This document shows, piece by piece, positions 53,903 to 64,000 of a stretch of 64,000 nt of DNA (position 1 is its first letter; each line of letters starts with the position of its first letter). A program made the translations under genes and the position numbers. The notes beneath the pieces were generated by a model. That model searched no databases and was not told the DNA's origin. It saw nothing but the letters and a program-made list of their open reading frames with translations. The stretch lies in the NCBI GenBank assembly GCA_964016885.1, contig OZ024746.1, forward strand, positions 49,972,001-50,036,000, in the 5' to 3' direction. The stretch comes from Eledone cirrhosa. Taxonomy: Eukaryota.

Positions 53903-56707
53903 CATGTTAAACAAACTAAACTTAGAAAATTGAAAAAAAAGTACAGTATAAGATCAACATGTGACATAGACATGCTGATAGAAACAATCAAGCAAAAAGT
54001 GTCGGCCAAAGCTGCTCGTATAAGGCGCTTTGAAAAACGATCTAGATTCTATAAGGACAATAATATGTTCAAAAACAACCAAAGAAACTTCTACAGAAAA
54101 ATTGGTAAGTCAACAATAACTGCTAAATCAATACCACCCAAGGAGGAAGTGCAAGAATTCTGGGAAAAGATCTGGGCCGAAGAAAAAGTTCATAACATAC
54201 ATGCCCCATGGATAGACAGACAAATGAAAGAAACAGCTCACCTTGAAGAACAAACATGGGAAAATATAACAGTTGAACAGCTGCGCTTGGCTCTAAGAAA
54301 AACCAGCAAATGGAAATCCCCAGGAAAAGACAAAATACAAAACTTTTGGATAAATGCCTTCACAGAGTCTCATGAGCTGTTAGCCCAACTTTACAATGAA
54401 ATAGTTAAGGAGCCAGAAAAGATACCATCATGGCTAGTTAACGGCATTACATTCCTGCTACCGAAGAATGATGAGACAAACAATCCCAAAAATTACAGAC
54501 CGATAACCTGCTTGACCACAATGTATAAAATTTTAACATCAGTCCTAACTGAATACACATATGACCACCTGATAACAAATGACCTATTTCCCATTGAGCA
54601 GAAAGGGTGTAAACGAGGCTCATATGGCTGTAAGGATCAGCTTCTGGTTAACAAAATGATACTGGAAGATTGTCATAATAGACACAAAAATCTATCGATT
54701 GCTTGGATAGATTATAAAAAAGCATTTGATAGTTTGCCACACAGTTGGATTGAAAAATGTTTAGAGATTTTCAAAATATCCCCCGTTATCAGGAGGTTTT
54801 TGTCATTCAGTATGAGGACATGGAGAACGACACTCCTTTTGAATAGTGAAACAAAATCACTGGAAGCTGGAGAAGTTAACATTAATTGTGGAATTTTTCA
54901 GGGTGACTCTTTATCACCGCTTTTATTCTGCATCGCACTTATACCATTAAGTAAAATGCTCAATGAAACAAAACATGGATATAGAGTCTATGACAAAACC
55001 ATTAATCACCTGTTCTACATGGATGACCTGAAACTATTTGCAAAAAATGATGAACAATTGCAAGGGCTATTATCCACTGTGAAGCAGTTCAGTGATGACA
55101 TTAAAATGGAGTTTGGACTGGATAAATGCGCCAAAGCAACGTTCAACAGAGGAAAGCTGCTGAAGAGTTCAGACATTAATCTTGATCGGGGGAACGTGAT
55201 AAGAGAGCTTGATCAAGAACAAACTTACAAATATCTAGGTGTTTGTGAAGGAGACGGAATCAAGCACTCGACAATGAGGGAAAGGATAAGGAAGGAATGT
55301 TACCGCAGAGTCAGAGCAATCTTAAGAACGGAATTGAATGCAAGGAATAGGATCGATGCCATAAACACGCTTGCCATACCAGTAGTAACCTACAGTTACA
55401 ATGTCATCAACTGGTCAAGCACAGAGATCCGTAGGCTCGATACAAAAATCCGAAAATTCTTAACCATGCACAGAATGCATCACCCTAAGGCAGACATAGA
55501 TAGAATATATCTCCCTAGGAAAGAAGGAGGACGTGGGTTAATCCAGTTAGACATTGCGTTGAAAACTGCAACAATTGGATTATCCACATATCTAAGGGAA
55601 TCACATGATTGGATGATCAAACTCGTTTTGAAACACGAAAGCACCAAAAGATCATATTCCATTACAAAAGATGCACAAAGATACAGTAATGGACTACAAA
55701 TTTCAGAAGTCCCATTTACTGCTGAAATGGAAAACACAGAAAAAGCAAAGCAGGTAAAAGTAACTGCAAAGAAAGAACTGCTACAGAAACTGGCTAAGAA
55801 ATGGCAAGAAAAGTCTCTGTATGGAAAATACCCAGAGCGAGCTAACAATCCTGATGTTGACAAAACTTTAACCCATCAGTGGTTGGCATCCTCTGGACTG
55901 AAATCGGAGACTGAAGGACTGATTATATCCGCACAAGATCAGTGTCTGCCAACAAAAAATTACCAAGCCAACATAATAAAAAATGGGTGCAGCCCATTAT
56001 GCCGTGTATGCAAAAAACAACCAGAGACCATTGACCATATAATTTCAATGTGCAGTCCTATAGCTCCAACCGAATACCTAAACAGGCATGACAGAGCTGC
56101 ACAATACATACATTGGATAATGTGTAAGCATTTTGACCTGCCCCATCAAAAGAATTGGTGGGAGCATCAACCACCTCCCATACTTGAAAAAGATCACATC
56201 TCAATCTTGTGGAACTTTAGCATCCAAACAGACCGAAAAATAGATGCAAATAGACCTGATATAATATTGAAGGACTTTCAAAGGAGGGTATGCCTGCTAA
56301 TTGATATGTCTGTTCCAATAGACAAGAATGTATCTATAAAAACATTTGAAAAATTGAGCAAGTATAAGGACCTGGAGATAGAAATTGGAAAAATGTGGAA
56401 ATTGAGAACTAAAACAATACCAGTGGTTGTAGGCGCTCTGGGAATGATACCTAAGGGGTCTAACGACTACTTATCGCAAATCCCAGGAAACCCGCGTATA
56501 GGAGAAATACAAAAGATAGTACTAATGGGAACTGCCCATATACTAAGGAAGATCCTGTCAATATAAGTACATCACAAGTCTAAACACTAAGGATGCATGT
56601 GTGAATATGTGTGTTCTTTCTTGAACATGGCGGACCTTGTTGTCTCTTGAGGTCACTGGTTGTGACTTGGTGATAACTCGTATAAACATAAAGCAAGATA
56701 AATGCAA
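53900..56707 (+). mobile_element. 5'-truncated R4/Dong-clade non-LTR retrotransposon in (TAA)n
   Basis: (TAA)n at both junctions; RT plus CCHC plus restriction-like endonuclease; TAA targeting is established for Dong. Confidence 0.9.
53930..56566 (+). CDS. R4/Dong RT-RLE protein, uninterrupted 878-aa C-terminal portion (no true start codon)
   Basis: SPGKD, YRPITCL, WIDYKKAFDS, GIFQGDSLSP, YMDD; CRVC..ETIDHIISMC; RPDII..LLIDMSVP..KLSKY. Confidence 0.9.
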   Translation: MKKKYSIRSTCDIDMLIETIKQKVSAKAARIRRFEKRSRFYKDNNMFKNNQRNFYRKIGKSTITAKSIPPKEEVQEFWEKIWAEEKVHNIHAPWIDRQMKETAHLEEQTWENITVEQLRLALRKTSKWKSPGKDKIQNFWINAFTESHELLAQLYNEIVKEPEKIPSWLVNGITFLLPKNDETNNPKNYRPITCLTTMYKILTSVLTEYTYDHLITNDLFPIEQKGCKRGSYGCKDQLLVNKMILEDCHNRHKNLSIAWIDYKKAFDSLPHSWIEKCLEIFKISPVIRRFLSFSMRTWRTTLLLNSETKSLEAGEVNINCGIFQGDSLSPLLFCIALIPLSKMLNETKHGYRVYDKTINHLFYMDDLKLFAKNDEQLQGLLSTVKQFSDDIKMEFGLDKCAKATFNRGKLLKSSDINLDRGNVIRELDQEQTYKYLGVCEGDGIKHSTMRERIRKECYRRVRAILRTELNARNRIDAINTLAIPVVTYSYNVINWSSTEIRRLDTKIRKFLTMHRMHHPKADIDRIYLPRKEGGRGLIQLDIALKTATIGLSTYLRESHDWMIKLVLKHESTKRSYSITKDAQRYSNGLQISEVPFTAEMENTEKAKQVKVTAKKELLQKLAKKWQEKSLYGKYPERANNPDVDKTLTHQWLASSGLKSETEGLIISAQDQCLPTKNYQANIIKNGCSPLCRVCKKQPETIDHIISMCSPIAPTEYLNRHDRAAQYIHWIMCKHFDLPHQKNWWEHQPPPILEKDHISILWNFSIQTDRKIDANRPDIILKDFQRRVCLLIDMSVPIDKNVSIKTFEKLSKYKDLEIEIGKMWKLRTKTIPVVVGALGMIPKGSNDYLSQIPGNPRIGEIQKIVLMGTAHILRKILSI

Positions 56708-57719
56708 ATAATAATAATAATAATAAGATAAGAGAAGAAGACTCACGTGGAGGTAGAAGGTCATGAAATCGCTCCCGTAAGTTTGTGATTTTTAACATAT
56801 TTAAATCAATTGTGAAATAAAAATTCTTAGTACAAATGATGCATAAAGCACCGAATCAAGTCTCATAAAAATTCGGATCCATAATATATTGTTATATCGC
56901 TCAAATATTCAATTTTGTATTATACATTTTATATTCAAAAAAGAAAATGGTTATAAATGGAAGAAAACTCCCTCTGACAACACTATATAGAACAGCCAAA
57001 TAACAGCAATTTCACCAACACCAGAAACTAGATACACCACCTACCCCATCACCCCGCTGTGTACACTAAATACAACAGCCAGATAACGGCAATTTCACCA
57101 CCACCACCACCAATCCCAGCATCATAATAATAATTACTATTATTATTGTCTCAAGTTTTAACAAAATGTTTAATTCCAATATTAAAATAATATGTCAACA
57201 CATATATTAAACATACGCGACACAAACGCATAGATACTACAGATCAAGCAAAACTAGTCTATTCAACAAAACTCAGTAACGACAACGCCACCGCCGCCAC
57301 CACTCCATCCATCATTACTACCACTATCCCATCACCGCCGCCACCACTCCTTCATTGCTACCACCACTATACCCCATTACCTTCTGTTAACTTAAGAAAG
57401 CGGAAGGTGGCGGTATCACTAGACAAGGGAGAGGCTAGCAAAAGATATAAATAGATTGACTTAGTGACCCGGCCACCGGCCAAACGTCAACAACTATGGA
57501 ACTGCTGGCTCCCCCCTTCCCCACCAACAATATAAAAAGCCCCAGCACCATCACCGACATAGCCAACAACAATAACAGACAACTTCAGCAAAAAGTATAT
57601 TATATTATTGTAATGCACTGGGTAATTGCTGGCCTTGTGCCTGGAGTGGAGACAATTATTAATAATTTCATTCTTAAGCCACGCAATGCTCACATTAAGG
57701 AACCACTCATGATAATAAC

Positions 57720-60700
57720 AATTTAAAAAAACAACAAAAAAGAAAACCCCGTGACCAAGAAATACCGGGATGGCGGCCGGCGGGGAATAGCCGTGTCTCT
57801 AGGGGAGAACGACCCCTTTAGTCTTGGTTGACACTCGTTCTAGAAGTGGTAACACGAAATGATTACTCCTTGGCGGATAAGGATAAAACGCGACAAAATA
57901 AAGTAAATGTCTAATAATAAAATCTCATACCGGATCGGCCGTCACCCGGGTAAAAAAGAGCCACGTCCCTCAGAGAGGAACTAGACTGGGGTCGAAAAAT
58001 CAGCTAATGGTTCAAACCTTCCCATCACTTCGGAGCTGGAGACCTCCCATAACCGGAATACTCCTACTGTTGGCCCTCCATGCTCACCACCAAGAAATCC
58101 AAAGAAAAAGAGAGAAAAATGGTCAAGGGAAGATAATAAAGAAGTCCTTGAGGCTTTCTACACTGCCATGTACTACTACCCATCAAATACATCGAATACA
58201 GAACAGACATATATCAACTGGAAAAAGAAACATCCCGAAAACAGAGGCTATATTGACAGTAACAAACTAGCCAATATACGAAGAAATATTGTAAAAAAAA
58301 AGTTACTAACTGATATAGAAATTGATCAGATCAAGCTATTAGCACAAAGTCAGCGAAGGGAAAATGAAACATGTGTCAGTGAAAACGAGGTAAATTGTAA
58401 CACTTCGAATCCCAGGGTTGGGGCGGAATCACTGACAACAGAACAAATTAAAGAAAGGATAGAAAAAGTGGAGGGAGTGCATGCTCAAGATGAAACTCCA
58501 TATGAAAATAATGAGATCGTAAATGATAAAGAAATGAATGAGAATTAACTTGCCAACTTGAAGGATGAAATTATGATCGAATGGATGAAAATGAAAGAAT
58601 CTGACATGGGGGAACGAGACACCCTCCCTAAGATCCAGAACTCCAAACAGAACCAAAAGATAATACACAAGACTAACATAATTCTCAAAAACATTATCAT
58701 CACAAACAAACTAAACATTACTGATTTAAATCATCTCTATTATGCATCGGCTAAAGTCACCACTCACTTATGTGGAGTGAAGATGAAAAAACAAAGGAAT
58801 TCCCACAAGAAATCGACTTGGCAAGAGAACATCAATCGCCAAATAAACCTTCTCCGATCTGACATAGAAATTTTAACAAACTATAAAGTAGGTAACATGT
58901 TAAACAAACTAAACTTAGAAATTGAAAAGAAAGTAAAGTATAAAATCAACAAGTGACATAGACATGCTGATAGAAATAATCAAGCAAAATGTGTCGGCCA
59001 AAGCTGCTCGTATAAGGCGCTTTGAAAAACGATCTAGATTCTATAAGGACAATAATATGTTAAAAAACAACCAAAGAAACTTCTACAGAAAAATTGGTAA
59101 GTCAACAATAACTGCTAAATCAATACCACCCAAGGAGGAAGTGCAAGAATTATGGGAAAAGATCTGGGCCGAAGAAAAAGTTCATAATATACATACCCCA
59201 TGGATAGACAGATAAATGAAAGATACAGCTCACCTTGAGGAACAAACATGGGAAAATATAACAGTTGAACAGTTGCGTTTGGCTCTAAGAAAAACCAGCA
59301 AATGGAAATCCCAGGAAAAGACAAAATACAAAGCTTTTGGATAAATGCCTTCACAGAGTCTCATGAGCGGTTAGCCCAACTTTACAATGAAATAGTTAAG
59401 GAGCCAGAAAAGATACCATCATGGTTAGTTAACGGCATTACATTCCTGCTTCCGAAGAATGATGAGATAAACAATCCCAAAAATTACAGACCGATAACTT
59501 GCTTGACCACAATGTATAAAATGTTAACATCAGTCCTAACTGACCACCTGATAACAAATGACCTATTTCCCATTGAGCAGAAAGGGTGTAAACGAGGCTC
59601 ATATGGCTGTAAGGATCAGCTTTTGGTTAACAAAATAATACTGGTAGATTGTCATAATAGACAAAAATCTATCAATTGCTTGGATAGATTATAAAAAAGC
59701 ATTCGATAGTTTGCCACACAGTTGGATTGAAAAATGTTTAGAGATTTTCAAAATATCCCCCGCTATCAGGAGGTTATTGTCATTCAGTATGAAGACATGG
59801 AAAACGACACTCCTTTTGAATAGTGAATCAAAATCACTGGAAGCTGGAGAAGTTAATATTAATTTTGGAATTTTTCAGGGTGACTCTTTATCACCGCTTT
59901 TATTCTGCATCGCACTTATACCATTAAGTAAAATGCTCAATGAAACAAAACATGGATATAAAGTCTTTGACAAAACCATTAATCACTTATTCTACATGGA
60001 TGACCTGAAACTATTTGCAAAAAATGATGAACAATTGCAAGGGCTATTATCCACTGTGGAGCAGTTCAGTGATGACATTAAAATGGAGTTTGCACTAGAT
60101 AAATGCGCCAAAGCAACGTTCACCAGAGGAAAGCTGCTGAAAAGTTCATACATTAATCTTGATCGGGGGAATGTGATAAGAGAACTTGATCAAGAGGAAA
60201 CTTACAAATATCTAGGTGTTTGTGAAGGAGACGGAATCAAGCACTCGACAATGAGGGAAAGGATAAGGAAGGAATGTTACCGCAGAGTAAGAGCAATCTT
60301 AACAACGGAATTGAATGCAAGGAATAGGATCGATGCCATAAACACGCTTGCCATACCAGTAGTAACCTACAGTTACAATGTCATCAACTGGTCAAGCACA
60401 GAGATCCGTAGGCTCGATACAAAAATTCGAAAATTCTCAACCATGCACAGAATGCATCACCCTAAGGCAGATATAGATAGAATATATCTCCCTAGGAAAG
60501 AAGGAGGACGTGGGTTAATCCAGTTGGACATTGCGTTGAAAACTGCAACAATTGGATTATCTACATATCTAAGGGAATCACATGATTGGATGATCAAACT
60601 CGTTTTGAAACACGAAAGCATCAAAAGATCATATTCCATTACAAAAGATGCACAAAGATACAGTAATGGACTACAAATTTCAGAAGTCCCATTTACTGCT

Positions 60701-61629
60701 GAAATGGAAAACACAGAAAAAGCAAAGCAGGTAAAAGTAATTGCAAAGAAAGAACTGCTACAGAAACTGGCTAAGAAATGGCAAGAAAAGCCTCTGTATG
60801 GAAAATACCCAGAACGAGCTAACAATCCTGATGTTGACAAAACTTTAACCCATCAGTGGTTGGCATCCTCTGGACTGATATCGGAGACTGAAGGACTGAT
60901 TATATCAGCACAAGATCAGTGTCTGCCAACAAAATATTACCAAGCCAACATAATATAAAATGGATGCAGCCCATTATGCCGTGTATGTAAAAAACAACCA
61001 GAGACCATTGACCATATAATTTCAATGTGCAGTCCTATAGCTTCAACCGAATACCTAAACAGGCATGACAGAGCTGCACAATACATACATTGGATAATGT
61101 GTAAGCATTTTGACCTGCCCCATCAAAAGAATTGGTGGGAGCATCAACCACCTCCCATACTTGAAAAAGATCACATCTCAATCTTGTGGAACTTTAGCAT
61201 CCAAACAGACCGAAAAATAGATGCAAATTGACCTGATATAATATTGAAGGACTTTAAAATGAGGGTATGCCTGCTAATTGATATGTCCGTTCCAATAGAC
61301 AAGAATGTATCTATAAAAACATTTGAAAAATTGAGCAAGTATAAGGACCTGGAGATAGAAATTGGAAAAATGTGGAAATTGAGAACTAAAACAATACCAG
61401 TGGTTGTAGGCGTTCTAGGAATGATACCTAAGGGGTCTAATGATTACTTATCGCAAATCCCAGGAAACCCGCGTATAGGAGAAATACAAAAGATAGTACT
61501 AATGGGAACTGCCCATATACTAAGGAAGATTCTGTCAATATAAGTACATCACAAGTCTAAACACCTAAAGATGCATGTTGTGACTTGGTGATAACTCGTA
61601 TGAACATAAAGCAATATAAATGCAGCTGT
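57720..61629 (+). mobile_element. Near full-length R4/Dong copy, disrupted, with structured 5' leader and (TAA)n tail
   Basis: Highly similar to 53900-56707 over shared part; N-terminal KWSREDNKEVLEAFY..LANIRRNI domain; 5' boundary approximate. Confidence 0.88.
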
Positions 61630-62142
61630 AATAATAATAATAATGATAATAATAACAACAACAACAATAATAATAGCAATAATAATAATAATAACAACAA
61701 CAACAACAACAACAACAGCAAAAACAACACTAATAATAATAGTGAAAACAATACTAATATATTTTTTATTCTTTTACTAGTTTCAGCTATTGGATTGTTG
61801 CCATGTTTTCTGGTTATGTTTTATTATTCTTTATATATGTTTTCTTGTTCATTTTTATTTTGATGGAGGATGTGTCCCGTCCAATGCAATTCTGTGCTAC
61901 ATCAAGAGAACTTCTACGTGATTGTTTGACTTCATAGATACAGCAGACAATTTTCCCTCAGATCACACACTAGATAATATATAGATTTCGACTGGAATGT
62001 CTTCAATCATATGTCAGCTCGATCAAAACTATCTATCTATCTATCAGTATGTATGTAGCATGTATCTCTCTTCTCCCCCCACCCCTCTCTATATATATAT
62101 ACACACACACATATATATGTATGTATGTATGTATGTATGTGC

Positions 62143-62223
<81 letters not shown>

Positions 62224-62803
62224 TGTGTGTGTGTGTGTATGTATATTATGGATATTGTTTTAAACATAAATGTTGCTACCTACGGTTTCAAACCTTGCGT
62301 GTATGCTAGATTGTAGTTTGCATCGTTATGTTTCAGTCAAATGTAAACAATGACCGACGCTATTAACGTGAGATCTCGTTAGATGCAAGAGGGATAATTC
62401 TGTGTTTTAATTAATCTCTTGTGTTCCTAATACAAAGTGTATAACTCTTGCTAGTAACATAGTTAATGAGTTATTAAACTGTCCTAACTCAGAAGAAATG
62501 ACTGTTGCTAATATGGTGTATTATGATGTGTATTAAAGTAAACTATTAATTATGTGTATATATGCTAGTGCGTGTATGCCTTAATGCGCATCTTTGTGTC
62601 ATTTGATGGGTATTTTCTATTAACTAGCGGCATATCTGAAACTGAATGACAGTACTTTTTAATCTGAACATGTATATCAGGACGGACCAGCAAATCCATC
62701 GCCAATAAAATACTTTAAGGCAAAAAAAAAACGGAAAAAAGAAAGATAATGAAGTAGCCATTGGCAAACGTATTTGTTTCGTCACATGTCATCTTCATAC
62801 AAT

Positions 62804-62889
<86 letters not shown>

Positions 62890-62918
62890 ATTGTATGATA
62901 TATTTATATATATATATC

Positions 62919-63262
<344 letters not shown>

Positions 63263-63266
<4 letters not shown>

Positions 63267-64000
63267 TGCTAGGGAAAGGATCAGGGGTGTATAACACTCC
63301 ACTTATCCAGCAGGCAGTATGAGGTAAGCTCAATGTCTGAGGACAGAGCCGTAATATAATAAATAACAAAGAACGCTTATAGCATATGCATATCTTTACT
63401 TGCTAACATTGTTTCATCCGCACTATAAGTGGGACTCATCAGAGCATAAAGGTTAATTACATACCATACAAGCAATAACAAATCCAAGACATTGAAGAAT
63501 GAAAGGTAATAATAGACGATAAAGGATAAGAATAAAAATAAAAGTAAAAATAAAAATAAGGGGTGCTATCAGTTACAGTTGGGCGGGGTGCTGTCAACAT
63601 ATAGTTACATACAAGCATACACATGGATAAGAGAACAGACAAGAGTAGACACATGGATAAGAGAACAGACAAGAGTAGATAAGATAATGGGATTAGGTAA
63701 GAGTAGGTAAAAAATAGGTAAAAAATAGGTGAAAAACAGACTTATAATATATATAAATAAGAAAATATAAAGAAATACAAAGAAATACATAACAAACTTA
63801 CATATAAAATAAAGGGTAAGGAATGAGATAAAATAATATAAAATTAAAATTAAAAATTATATACATAGAACATAATATAATATAATCGTAAAATAAGATA
63901 AAATAAGGTAAACTAAAATCAAATAACATAGACTAAATTAAAATAATATAATATAAGATATAATTAAATGTATAATTAAATGTAATTAAATGTAATTAAA
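63263..64000 (-). mobile_element. 3' pLTR end of another PLE running off the window
   Basis: HHR at 63401-63446, ATTGAG motif, terminates in (TA)n. Confidence 0.7.
63401..63446 (-). ncRNA. Minimal type I hammerhead ribozyme
   Basis: TGCT CTGATGA GTCC CACT tat AGTG c GGAT GAAAC AAT GTT AGCA. Confidence 0.85.

Overview
AT-rich eukaryotic repeat-dense DNA, most likely from an octopod cephalopod, inferred from the OK-type/Meta-domain and CORE-type tRNA SINEs and extreme (TA)n/(CA)n content. No host protein-coding gene is recognisable, and most predicted ORFs are microsatellite artefacts. The window is a nested stack of retroelements, each tied to a microsatellite. It holds four Penelope-like elements (RT+GIY-YIG; three Naiad-like) plus many pLTR remnants in (TA)n, an L1/Tx1 family arrayed head-to-tail in (TATC)n, a second Tx1 family and two R4/Dong-type RLE elements in (TAA/ATT)n, a short internally deleted RTE derivative with an HDV-like ribozyme, SINE clusters and a piggyBac-type MITE. 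By eye I find about 15 type I hammerhead ribozyme (HHR) motifs from about 9 unrelated pLTR families. The most unusual patterns are (i) small fold-back elements in (TA)n whose hairpin apex sits exactly at the 5' edge of the HHR, (ii) a shared asymmetric geometry and a conserved RTTGAG motif at PLE ends, (iii) HHR cores that mostly lack the canonical 10.1-11.1 pair, (iv) a hidden inverted duplication whose (TA)n was invaded independently in both copies, (v) a SINE tail resembling the Tx1 3' end, and (vi) a kissing-loop structure in the R4/Dong 5' leader. All RNA folds were derived manually and none is tested.
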